Shown here: positions 36,256-44,090 of the stretch, one piece after another
How the letters are laid out: the number at the start of each line of letters is the position of its first letter
Position numbering within the stretch: position 1 is the first letter of the stretch
The notes under the pieces: model-generated
Told to the model about the DNA's origin: nothing
Seen by the model: only the letters and a program-made list of their open reading frames with translations
The model's database searches: none
DNA from: a virus
Virus record (IMG/VR): IMGVR_UViG_3300048929_000143
Coordinates: 1 to 63,715 of that record
Direction: 5' to 3' (one strand)
Length of the DNA stretch: 63,715 nt
Position numbers and translations under genes: made by a program

Positions 36256-37281
36256 TCAGAGTCGACTGTCGCCAATGGCGAGGACAAAGGCTCGGATGAA
36301 TTCGGCAGCGAGCGCGGGGATGATGGCGTTCCCGTAGCCTTTAAGCCGGATTGTTTTGTTACTGCGAGCCAGGCGTAATATTTCGGGCTTTCCCGGTCCC
36401 ACGATATTGGAAAACCCATTAACCAGCGGGGCAAGGCCGGGTTCAATTGGCCGCCACTTACCATCCCCGCCGCATACCCAGTCAACAACTCCCCAAGGCA
36501 TGTAATGCGGAGCATTGTTGTCTTGAATCCCTGTTCCGCAGCGAAGTCGATTCGATCCCACGTCCTGTCCTTCCCGTCCCCTCGGATGACGGTCGGCCCC
36601 GATCCCTTCACGTCCGATGCCGTGGGCGTCGGCCAGGCTGCGTAATACATCGTGAGTTGCTCGCCCAGGTTCCCAGGACTTAGCGACGTCCGGCCACTCT
36701 TCAACCTGTCCGCCTGCCGTTTGGCCAAACTCTCCGGTGAGCGTCCCCCAATTTTCGACATCACTGTCGGGGACATCCAGCCGGTGAGCGCCGAACATGA
36801 TTCGTTCCCTGCGGTGCGGCGCGCCGATGATACCGCCTGGCAGTACGGCCGATCCCACGGCGTAACCCGCCATTTCCAGTTGATCGTATAAATCGTCGAG
36901 CCAATGTTTTTTGATAGCGTTCTCAACCTGTTCGCCAAACATAATTGCAGGCTGACACTCTTTGACGAGTCGGCACCAGACTGGCGCGAGGTGGCGATCG
37001 TCGCTGCGACCTTTTTGTTTTCCGGCGTTACTGAAAGGCTGGCAGGGAGGACTGCCGGTCCATACGCGAAAGTCATCGGGGAAACCGGCCATTCGTAAGG
37101 CGAGCGGCCAGCCGCCAATTCCGGCAAAAAAGTGACAGGCGTTAAAGCCGCGAAGGTCGGATGGTTCGACATCTACGATACTCCTTCGGTCGACCACGCC
37201 GTCGGGCAGGTCGCCGGATAAAATCAGGTTTTCAAGCCAGTCAGCGGCGTTCGGGTCGAACTCGTTATAGTAAACCGTCAT
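36256..37281 (-). CDS. dcm: DNA (cytosine-5)-methyltransferase
   Basis: 341 aa; motif I FFAGIGGW, motif IV GSPPCQPFS, ENV motif (FGEQVENAI). Confidence 0.85.
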   Translation of the reverse strand: MTVYYNEFDPNAADWLENLILSGDLPDGVVDRRSIVDVEPSDLRGFNACHFFAGIGGWPLALRMAGFPDDFRVWTGSPPCQPFSNAGKQKGRSDDRHLAPVWCRLVKECQPAIMFGEQVENAIKKHWLDDLYDQLEMAGYAVGSAVLPGGIIGAPHRRERIMFGAHRLDVPDSDVENWGTLTGEFGQTAGGQVEEWPDVAKSWEPGRATHDVLRSLADAHGIGREGIGADRHPRGREGQDVGSNRLRCGTGIQDNNAPHYMPWGVVDWVCGGDGKWRPIEPGLAPLVNGFSNIVGPGKPEILRLARSNKTIRLKGYGNAIIPALAAEFIRAFVLAIGDSRL

Positions 37282-37619
37282 TTCCGGTAGACCTGTTCGT
37301 TAAAATGCTTGCGGGCGCTTTGATACTTGCAGTCCTCCCACATCGGGAACTTAGAGGGGGTGAAATCTATCATATTCCCGAACGGAGGAAGACGGAACAT
37401 TACTCGAAGCGCTGCTGACGCGTCTGCATCCTCCCACTCAACTTCCGTGGTGAACGGGTGGTTCTCGTCTTTTAGTTGGCTCGGATAACGCCATTTCCGG
37501 ACTTCGTAAATCACGGCCACCTGCAGGATCATCTTGCGGGTAAACCACTGCTTGCGGAACCGGATGTCGCCGGTCAATCCGATGCGTTTGCGATCGGTCT
37601 GCATTGCTGGCATGTGCAT
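37278..37619 (-). CDS. Hypothetical protein
   Basis: 113 aa; 4-nt overlap with the dcm start. Confidence 0.55.
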   Translation of the reverse strand: MHMPAMQTDRKRIGLTGDIRFRKQWFTRKMILQVAVIYEVRKWRYPSQLKDENHPFTTEVEWEDADASAALRVMFRLPPFGNMIDFTPSKFPMWEDCKYQSARKHFNEQVYRK

Positions 37620-37620
37620 A

Positions 37621-37890
37621 TCAATGCTCCATTAAAAAGAATACGACGGTGATGACGATTAAAAATATCACGGTGACGATAACCATGGCCAGGTGGCCGG
37701 TAGCGCCATTGAAGTGATCATCCAGATCTCGCTTGAACAGTTCGAAGTTTTGTTCCCCGTGTTGGCGTCCCTCTTCCCATGCGTCAGCGAGATCAGTACC
37801 CAGGAATGGGTTGTGCTCGCGCCTTACCCCGATCTCTCCGGCAAGGCGCCCCTCCTGGAATACTTCTACATAGCGTTCAGGTGTGTGCAT
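37621..37890 (-). CDS. Membrane-anchored small protein with Rmf/CrpP-like N-terminal motif (tentative)
   Basis: 89 aa; EGRLAGEIGVRREHNPF...AWEEG resembles the G..AG..G....NP....W..G Rmf-fold motif; C-terminal TM LAMVIVTVIFLIVITVVFFL. Confidence 0.45.
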   Translation of the reverse strand: MHTPERYVEVFQEGRLAGEIGVRREHNPFLGTDLADAWEEGRQHGEQNFELFKRDLDDHFNGATGHLAMVIVTVIFLIVITVVFFLMEH

Positions 37891-37918
37891 GTTATCCCCT
37901 TAGTTGTACCTAAGATGA

Positions 37919-37948
37919 AAACTAGCACACACCTGTCACGAAGGTCAA
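37919..37948 (-). promoter_or_regulatory. Sigma70-like early promoter (class TTGACCTTCGTG)
   Basis: Minus strand: TTGACC (37948-37943), 18 nt, TAGTTT (37924-37919); the -35 box overlaps the stop of the upstream gene. Confidence 0.55.
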
Positions 37949-38301
37949 TCGTTTTTGTCGCGGGTACCGATAATTTCTGTCTTTTTGTGAGACAGGGCAG
38001 GATCGTGAGTCCAGTCGGCGCGCGGCGGGATCTGAATGGCGTAAACCTCCACCGCTTCATCTCCGAAATGCTTGTGAGCCATCCACTTCTTTTTGACGCC
38101 GGCCCACGGCATTTCAATGCGGCGCTTGCCGTCCGTTTTGCTCGGATACCCCCACGTCAGGATCAGCTTATCGAACTCCTTCCCCTCCAGGCGACGCGCC
38201 CAGTAGGTGTTCTGCAACCGATATTCCTCGGTCTTATCGCCGTCCAGGATGGCCTGGAAGTATTCGCCCTCAATGGCCAACTGCAGCACACGATTACTCA
38301 T
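37945..38301 (-). CDS. ASCH domain protein
   Basis: Start ATG 38301 (8-nt overlap with upstream gene). MSNRVLQLAIEGEYFQAILDGDKTEEYR is a typical ASCH N-terminus. Confidence 0.6.
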   Translation of the reverse strand: MSNRVLQLAIEGEYFQAILDGDKTEEYRLQNTYWARRLEGKEFDKLILTWGYPSKTDGKRRIEMPWAGVKKKWMAHKHFGDEAVEVYAIQIPPRADWTHDPALSHKKTEIIGTRDKND

Positions 38302-38509
38302 TGTTTGGCGCCTCTTTAAGTTTTTCGAATGCGTCCGAATTAACGAAATACATTTTGCAGGAACCGCTAATATTCGGGTCATACTTGCTGCAACGATGGC
38401 CGTCGAAGAACGCGTCACGGTGGAAGTCCTGCAGTTGTTCCGCGGTCATGGTGATCGATTTCCCCGCCTGTTCCGCGATGATCTCGTCGTAGGTTCTACC
38501 CATTGTCAT
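38294..38509 (-). CDS. Hypothetical protein
   Basis: 71 aa ORF in operon context. Confidence 0.5.
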   Translation of the reverse strand: MTMGRTYDEIIAEQAGKSITMTAEQLQDFHRDAFFDGHRCSKYDPNISGSCKMYFVNSDAFEKLKEAPNNE

Positions 38510-38891
38510 CCCCTTTCACGACGAGGTAATAGAAGTCCGGATACCGGAAGTCGTGGCCTTCGCGGTTCCAGTTCGGGTTATCCAGTTGGAAATCTATGCG
38601 CCACTTCATCGCCCCTTCGTGGCCGAGGTACCCGCGATTGGAAGCATCCGGATAGACGCCGATCACTTTCTTGATAGAGCCACCCACACGCCCGACAATC
38701 AGGTCGCCAGGTTTCAGGTCGCGTACACGGCGCATGGTCAGCCGGACTTTCACCGGCGTACTGAACTCGGCGTAGTTCAGCATTGCCGAATAGATGACCT
38801 CCAGATCGTGATCGTCGAGGTCGACTCCAGGAAGGCAGCGGTAGACGGCCGCCTTCTGGAACTGGTTAAGTTTCTCGTTGATAAGCGCCAT
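38496..38891 (-). CDS. Hypothetical protein
   Basis: Start moved to ATG 38891 (1 nt after upstream stop); 131 aa. Confidence 0.5.
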   Translation of the reverse strand: MALINEKLNQFQKAAVYRCLPGVDLDDHDLEVIYSAMLNYAEFSTPVKVRLTMRRVRDLKPGDLIVGRVGGSIKKVIGVYPDASNRGYLGHEGAMKWRIDFQLDNPNWNREGHDFRYPDFYYLVVKGDDNG

Positions 38892-38892
38892 A

Positions 38893-39648
38893 TCACACGT
38901 CCGCGTTCTTGTGTTCGATGGACTTCCCGCAGTATTTGCACTGCATCTCGCCGTTCCGACCGTCCGGTGCATACTCACACGACTGTCCGGTGGCCACGCA
39001 CTCGTCCGGAACCAGCACTTCCTCTTTTGGTCGGCTACCGGTACTCAGCGACTTATTGATCTGCTGGCTTTCCGTATCGGAACCAGGGAAGTGTTTGCGC
39101 AGCGCTTCGGCCAGCGTGCGGCCGTGCTCCATCTTCTCGCCGGTCTTCACTACCCAGGCCCGCGTGGCGTCTTCCTGGAACAGTGTGACGACCTGATCGC
39201 TGCCGTCTTCCACATGGCCAAGGAGATTGACGATGGCCGCTTGTTCGTTCAGACGGCGCACACGCTCCGGATCATTCACCTGCGTCTGCAGCGCACCCAG
39301 TTGTTCTTCCAGCAGCCGGATGTGCTCGGCAATCAGGTTGCCATGGCCACGCGACAGCGAGATGTGCGAGCAGTCCCGCGCCCGCGCATCGTCCAGTTGC
39401 GCATAGAACGCACCGACCGGTCCATGGCCGTGCGGGATGGTCGTCGGGGCTGGCAGCGTGAAGTGATCCACCAGCGCTTCCACCAGGACAAACGCTTCGT
39501 CGCGGGTGATGGTTGTCTCGATCATCGTCAGCAGGTGGCGCTGTACGATGAACTTCTGGTCGCCGTTAGACAGTTCGGCCAGTGTTACCCAACCAGGAAG
39601 ACCATTGAGGTCGGGCATACGTTTTTGCGTTTTGCGTAATTTATCCAT
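38893..39648 (-). CDS. Hypothetical protein with C-terminal zinc-ribbon-like Cys pairs
   Basis: 251 aa; C-terminal ECVATGQSCEYAPDGRNGEMQCKYCG. Confidence 0.55.
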   Translation of the reverse strand: MDKLRKTQKRMPDLNGLPGWVTLAELSNGDQKFIVQRHLLTMIETTITRDEAFVLVEALVDHFTLPAPTTIPHGHGPVGAFYAQLDDARARDCSHISLSRGHGNLIAEHIRLLEEQLGALQTQVNDPERVRRLNEQAAIVNLLGHVEDGSDQVVTLFQEDATRAWVVKTGEKMEHGRTLAEALRKHFPGSDTESQQINKSLSTGSRPKEEVLVPDECVATGQSCEYAPDGRNGEMQCKYCGKSIEHKNADV

Positions 39649-39650
39649 GG

Positions 39651-40019
39651 TTAAATCGCCCCGCTTTTGATGGTGGACATTACTTCGTCATAGTCGAACA
39701 CTCCGGCAAAGAGTGTCGGGAAATGACGGCTCATGGCGTACTCTACGTGACGCGCTTCGGCGCAGGTCAGGATCAGTACGCGCCCAGGCTGAGTCAGCGC
39801 CTGTCGCATCTGGCTCTGCAGACTCTTCATGTTGTGCATGTGCGGACGATGGAAGATACCGGCGCCCACGTCGTCCACGATATGCTCACACTGGAAGAAG
39901 CGCGCCAGCACGTCCTTATCGCGTGTCTTCCCGCACCCCTGCTTCCCGCGTACTACGACGATCCCGTTCGGGTTGTTGGTTTTGCCCGCGCCCTGCGGTA
40001 TTTCTACTTGCGTCGTCAT
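39651..40019 (-). CDS. Small P-loop NTPase/kinase-like protein
   Basis: 122 aa; Walker A VVRGKQGCGKT. Confidence 0.6.
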   Translation of the reverse strand: MTTQVEIPQGAGKTNNPNGIVVVRGKQGCGKTRDKDVLARFFQCEHIVDDVGAGIFHRPHMHNMKSLQSQMRQALTQPGRVLILTCAEARHVEYAMSRHFPTLFAGVFDYDEVMSTIKSGAI

Positions 40020-40170
40020 TCTCTTTAGCCCATTCAGTTAGTGGTGGATAGTTATTACCGGCGTACCGGTCAACGAGGTGAACCATTTCGCGTTTGTAGC
40101 GAGGCTCGGCCGCAAACAGCAGTACCGCCGATACCACGACCGCGCCGAATACTGCTGTCATCGGCTTCAT
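39916..40170 (-). CDS. Small membrane protein (3' 104 nt overlap the P-loop gene)
   Basis: 84 aa; N-terminal TM AVFGAVVVSAVLLFAA. The low-complexity C-terminus is read from the alternate frame of the next gene. Confidence 0.4.
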   Translation of the reverse strand: MKPMTAVFGAVVVSAVLLFAAEPRYKREMVHLVDRYAGNNYPPLTEWAKENDDASRNTAGRGQNQQPERDRRSTREAGVREDTR

Positions 40171-40937
40171 TACTCTTCGGCGTCCTCGTCCGTGTGGATG
40201 TTAACCAGGTTCAGCGGAGAGAAATCATCCAGGTCGAGCCATGTCCCGTCCTTCTGCAGCGCCACATTACGCAGGTCCGGATCGGCAAGGTCGATGGCAC
40301 GGATGATGGCGAACAGCTTGCGGGCCTGGTTGCAGCAGTCGTCGATACCGACGTGCAGGGTGCCTTCACTGGCCACGCCCTCTTTCACTTTGTAGAAGGT
40401 GGACAGGAAGGACCGGGCGCAGCGAACTCCCCAAAATGGCCATGCCATCTTCGTAACAGGGATCATGTTGTGCCACGCGTTTTCCAGCCAGTTCTGATCC
40501 TGCATTGGTCCGCATGACCACAATTCGACGCGATCGTATGGCAGGCCATACAGGTTGCACATGTCGCGCACCCAGTCGCCGAAGTGACGCAATACACTTT
40601 CCAGCATAACTGCTTCTCCCTGGCCTTTTACCTGATCCATGCGGGCGGCTTCACTCTGCCCGAACCACCACATGATCGTCTGCGGGTCGATGTGGCCACC
40701 GAAATTTCGTGCGTAGTCGAAGGCCGAGTTGATCTGGACGTACATGTTAAAGCGGTTCAACAGGGACTCCTGGGGAGACTTCGCATCGAAGTTCATTACA
40801 ACCGCACTCAGGGAAATGAATGCCGCATTCGGCTTAGTCGACAGGCTTTCCTTGTCGATCATGATGCGCAGGCGGGACAACTTCTGCGGGGCGTGTGCCG
40901 GACGGCTGCGTTCTAACAAAGTGAGTTCGTGTTTCAT
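40170..40937 (-). CDS. 3'-5' exonuclease (DEDD, Rv2179c-like fold)
   Basis: 255 aa; IMIDKESLS (D.E), IDPQTIMWWFGQSEAAR, ELWSCGP..D, HVGIDDCCNQARKLF motifs. Confidence 0.6.
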   Translation of the reverse strand: MKHELTLLERSRPAHAPQKLSRLRIMIDKESLSTKPNAAFISLSAVVMNFDAKSPQESLLNRFNMYVQINSAFDYARNFGGHIDPQTIMWWFGQSEAARMDQVKGQGEAVMLESVLRHFGDWVRDMCNLYGLPYDRVELWSCGPMQDQNWLENAWHNMIPVTKMAWPFWGVRCARSFLSTFYKVKEGVASEGTLHVGIDDCCNQARKLFAIIRAIDLADPDLRNVALQKDGTWLDLDDFSPLNLVNIHTDEDAEE

Positions 40938-40946
40938 GTCGGTTCC

Positions 40947-41249
40947 TTACGCTATACGGATGATTTGAAGGTGGCAGGTGAACGCGTTGTTCTCCCAGGT
41001 TCTTGAACTGCTGATGGTGTACTTCTGGCCGGTCTTGTTACGGACGTCAGTGACTGACCGGCTGTTATTGCTGCGTAACTTCTGGCTGGTACGGATAGCC
41101 GCGGTGATTGCCGCTTCACCTTTTTCCGGCACCGATACTTCGCTGATCGTTACGCTTTGTCCTACCTGCAGGGAGGCCAGTTGGCTGCGTAATCCGGTGC
41201 GGGCCGGCTTACTGACTGAGGTGGTGTCGACGGTTAATTTCTTCGGCAT
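40947..41249 (-). CDS. Early operon leader protein, paralog of 35118-35441
   Basis: Start ATG 41249 after AGGAG; 100 aa; first gene after promoter 41279-41308. Confidence 0.6.
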   Translation of the reverse strand: MPKKLTVDTTSVSKPARTGLRSQLASLQVGQSVTISEVSVPEKGEAAITAAIRTSQKLRSNNSRSVTDVRNKTGQKYTISSSRTWENNAFTCHLQIIRIA

Positions 41250-41278
41250 TTTGTTGCTCCTGTTTGCTGGTGGATTGA

Positions 41279-41308
41279 AATATAAACGACACACGCCACG
41301 AAGGTCAA
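41279..41308 (-). promoter_or_regulatory. Sigma70-like early promoter (class TTGACCTTCGTG)
   Basis: Minus strand: aaaacgtgTTGACC (41308-41303), 18 nt, TATATT (41284-41279). Confidence 0.65.
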
Positions 41309-41336
41309 CACGTTTTCACGATTATTTTTCAATCGC

Positions 41337-41512
41337 TCAGAAAATGCAGCCAGAATTGATCCGCTCATGGGGTTGCCGAAGTGATAGCGCGAAAGAGTCA
41401 GAACGCGTGGCCAAAATTGATCCGCTCACGGGGTTGCTGAAGTGATATAGCGCGCGGGAAACGCTCAGAACGCGTGGCCAAAATTGATCCGCTCATGGGC
41501 TTTTTGAAGTGA
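41337..41512. repeat. Three direct 48-bp iteron-like repeats
   Basis: TCAGAA..G..GCCA(G/A)AATTGATCCGCTCA(T/C)GGG..T...GAAGTGA at 41337-41384, 41398-41445 and 41465-41512 (spacing 61 and 67 bp). Confidence 0.85.
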
Positions 41513-41639
41513 GTAAGGGAGTTCGACCTCTTTTCAGATACCGGAGAAAAAGTTGGCCCGATAGGGGTATTCACGTTTGTCGGTTTTTAAGTGAAATTTT
41601 TGTAAGTCGTTGATTTTCGGGATTTATTTCGAGCTTTTC

Positions 41640-41795
41640 GGGGGTGGATCGGCTGGAAGCCGCGCCGCGCCTGGCCTGGCGGGCTGTCGGGGTGGCGCTG
41701 GTGGTGATCGCCTGGCGTTTTCGTGCTGTCTACAGATACCGCGAAGCCAGGCGGGGCGCGGGTTTAGGCCGCTGTCGGTGGTGGTGATCGTCCGC
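41640..41795. other. GC-rich repeat island (inverted plus direct repeats) inside an AT-rich intergenic region
   Basis: 16-nt arms 41660-41675 / 41746-41761 are complementary at 15 of 16 positions. Direct repeats GCTGTCGG...TGGTGGTGATCG lie at 41683-41710 and 41771-41790. Confidence 0.7.
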
Positions 41796-41822
41796 AAAAG
41801 TGAAATAAATTTTGATAGGTGG

Positions 41823-41851
41823 TTGACCTTCACGGCGTAGGTCATTAATAA
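41823..41851 (+). promoter_or_regulatory. Sigma70-like promoter for the rightward accessory island
   Basis: TTGACC (41823-41828), 17 nt, TAATAA (41846-41851); same TTGACCTTC.CGGCG core as the leftward promoters. Confidence 0.6.
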
Positions 41852-41897
41852 TTAGCGGGCACCACCAAACAACGACACGAATCAACGAGGCAACAAG

Positions 41898-42353
41898 ATG
41901 AATACACCAGTTTTATTTACTCATTCATATTTCGCGGGCGGCGGCGCTGTCCAGAATCCGGCGGCGGCTTATATCAGCGCGGCGGTTATCTGCAAAGGTA
42001 AAGAGTTTTCCGAAACCGTGGAGATCGACGGCGTCCGCTATGTGTATTCTTTCTGGCTGGATATCAGCGCGGATCAGCTCGTTGCCGTCCGTCCTTCCGA
42101 CGAGGTGATCGCGGGCTGGCTTGCTTCACACGGCGGCCTGTTAACCGCGCTCATGGTTGAACCTTGCCACGGCAACGAGATCGCCAGGGTCAAAGCGAGT
42201 ATGCGCGAAGCGTCCAGCCGTAGCGGCTTTACGTGGGACGCGATAGCGGGCGACGTCCTTTGCGCGGATATGGCTGAACACCTGATCGGCCTGTTAGGGG
42301 AAGAACACCGCACCGCTGTAGAAAAGCATTTCATCCGTAAATCTAACCGTTAA
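41898..42353 (+). CDS. Hypothetical protein
   Basis: 151 aa; GAGG RBS; first gene of the island. Confidence 0.6.
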   Translation: MNTPVLFTHSYFAGGGAVQNPAAAYISAAVICKGKEFSETVEIDGVRYVYSFWLDISADQLVAVRPSDEVIAGWLASHGGLLTALMVEPCHGNEIARVKASMREASSRSGFTWDAIAGDVLCADMAEHLIGLLGEEHRTAVEKHFIRKSNR

Positions 42354-42366
42354 TAAGGGGAACATC

Positions 42367-42894
42367 ATGCAAACTATCACCACGCTGTATAAAGCAGGCG
42401 CAAGCGGACAGGGGCGCGTCCAGGTTAAAAGCCAGTATGGCACTAAACGTGTTTTGTGGGACGACGCGCTGAACAGTGAACAGAATCACCGCGCCGCCGT
42501 GGTTGCCACGTTGGATCAGATTAACGCGGCGCGTGGTACTCGTTTTACTATCGTGAACAGCGCCCCGCACCATGCGGATAATGGCGGTTGGGTATTCCTG
42601 ATTAACCAGGCACCGGAGATCGCGCCGTGCTATATGTCTATAACCGTGCGTTTCATGCCAGGCACGAACACGCGCCCCGCTTATATGAAAGTTCATTCGT
42701 GGGTATTCCCGAAAGGAACGACGGTTAATTATTCCCGTGAAACCGCCCCCGGCGACGTACAAGGCGCGGCGTTTTATGCGGCGCGGGTCATGCTGGATAT
42801 GATCAACGATGAAGTAAAGGACGCCGGAATTAGTTATTCCCTGGGGGACTATATTCAGACCTACGATCAGGATCGTGTTTTCTCTTTACGCTGA
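42367..42894 (+). CDS. Hypothetical protein
   Basis: 175 aa; AAGGGG RBS. Confidence 0.6.
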   Translation: MQTITTLYKAGASGQGRVQVKSQYGTKRVLWDDALNSEQNHRAAVVATLDQINAARGTRFTIVNSAPHHADNGGWVFLINQAPEIAPCYMSITVRFMPGTNTRPAYMKVHSWVFPKGTTVNYSRETAPGDVQGAAFYAARVMLDMINDEVKDAGISYSLGDYIQTYDQDRVFSLR

Positions 42895-42952
42895 TTTGTT
42901 TTATTGCCCGACGATAGCCGAAACCATAACGACGATATAACGAGGATCTACC

Positions 42953-43588
42953 ATGCGCACATTAACGATTGACCTGTTTTCTTTCTCTGAACTGAACGAC
43001 GCCGCGAAAAAGATCGCGCTTCAATCCGTTCGCAATAACATTTTAAAACACCACGATTTTGATTATTCCGAATATAAAGCCAGCTTAAAAGCGTTTGCCG
43101 CTGATATCGGGATGGAGATTAAAGATTGGTCCTATGGCCTGGACGGTTGCCGCGTAGATCTCGACTTTGACGATCTGCCCGCTGAATATGTGAGCGGGGC
43201 GCGGCTGTATACGTGGATCGTGAATAACCTTAAGGGGCTGCAACCAGGGCCGCGCGTTTATACCGTCCCGCGTGACGTCGTCCGCTACGGTTTCAAGCAA
43301 ACCGATCACGTTGTTAAGCGTATGAGCGGCGTTTACCGTGCGGCAGACTGCTGCAACTATACCGGCGTATGCCACGATGAAACGCTTTTACAGCCTTTTC
43401 GTGAATTCCTGAAAGCGCCCACGGATGAAACGCAATTAGGCGATCTTGTTCGTGCTGCAATTGATGCTTATTGCGTCGCTATGGCTGAGGATCTGGAATA
43501 TCAGGAAAGCGACGAATACACCGCCGAATATATTGAATGCAACGGCGACGATTTAGAATTCACCGCTTACGGCAAAATCCACGAATAA
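42953..43588 (+). CDS. Hypothetical protein
   Basis: 211 aa; GAGGA RBS; acidic C-terminus ...EDLEYQESDEYTAEYIECNGDDLEFTAYG. Confidence 0.6.
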   Translation: MRTLTIDLFSFSELNDAAKKIALQSVRNNILKHHDFDYSEYKASLKAFAADIGMEIKDWSYGLDGCRVDLDFDDLPAEYVSGARLYTWIVNNLKGLQPGPRVYTVPRDVVRYGFKQTDHVVKRMSGVYRAADCCNYTGVCHDETLLQPFREFLKAPTDETQLGDLVRAAIDAYCVAMAEDLEYQESDEYTAEYIECNGDDLEFTAYGKIHE

Positions 43589-43598
43589 GGGGATCACC

Positions 43599-43892
43599 AT
43601 GACCATTAAAATTTTAACTACTGAGTCAATCCCCGTTGTTTATTTCCATGAACTGACTGAAGAACAGCAGAAGGAACAGATCGAAAATTACGATTATGAA
43701 ACCGCCGATCAATCCCTGTACTTTATTTATCAGGATGAAGTTTATGCAATGGTTGATTGTATGCGCGAAGAGTCGCACACGGAAGCGGGCGCGGCTGGCT
43801 GGCATGGATCATTCAGCGAAACCGCGTTTAGCCGTCTCCTGGTTAAGCTGGTGGACGATAACGAGGCCGTGATCCTGGGGCGTGAATCATGA
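43599..43892 (+). CDS. Hypothetical acidic protein
   Basis: 97 aa; AAGGGG RBS. Confidence 0.55.
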   Translation: MTIKILTTESIPVVYFHELTEEQQKEQIENYDYETADQSLYFIYQDEVYAMVDCMREESHTEAGAAGWHGSFSETAFSRLLVKLVDDNEAVILGRES

Positions 43893-44089
43893 TCCTGTTA
43901 TTCCTGATTTGCGGTTATGCCTTCATCGGCTTTTATATCGGGCGTGACTTGTTGCGGGTGCATCGCCGTTGCCGTGTTGAATTCCGTCAATGTTTCGGGC
44001 GTCGCATGGTCTATTTGCGTGAACGTAAAACGGGACGCCTGATCGGCTGTTCAAACAATCCATTTACCTTAATTTTACAGGTGGCCTGA
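43889..44089 (+). CDS. Hypothetical small protein (N-terminal TM)
   Basis: 66 aa; ATGA overlap; MILLFLICGYAFIGFYI. Confidence 0.5.
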   Translation: MILLFLICGYAFIGFYIGRDLLRVHRRCRVEFRQCFGRRMVYLRERKTGRLIGCSNNPFTLILQVA

Positions 44090-44090
44090 T

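Noticed and set aside
36240-37172. 310-aa ORF overlapping the C5-methyltransferase in another frame
   Set aside because: The 36256-37281 frame carries all the C5-MTase motifs (FxGxG, PCQ, ENV). The alternate frame has none and is a shadow ORF.
26808-41249. Lysogeny module (integrase, CI/Cro switch, excisionase) or prophage boundaries
   Set aside because: No tyrosine or serine recombinase motifs and no repressor-like ORF pair were seen in any block, and the contig closes on itself. It is interpreted as a free, probably virulent, phage genome rather than an integrated element.
41337-41512. Could the three 48-bp direct repeats be a mini CRISPR array?
   Set aside because: The intervening sequences are only 13-19 bp, the repeats are longer than and unlike CRISPR repeats, the copies are imperfect at the 3' part, and there are no cas genes. 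Treated as iteron-like repeats instead.
41516-41530. agggagttcgacctc resembles a tRNA T-arm (GTTCGA)
   Set aside because: No complementary T-stem 3' half, no acceptor stem and no anticodon arm can be drawn around it. No tRNA was found anywhere in the window.
41610-41845. 76-aa (+) and 73-aa (-) ORFs across the GC-rich island
   Set aside because: Both strands are open only because the stretch is GC-rich. The products are Gly/Ala/Arg/Pro low complexity, with no RBS.
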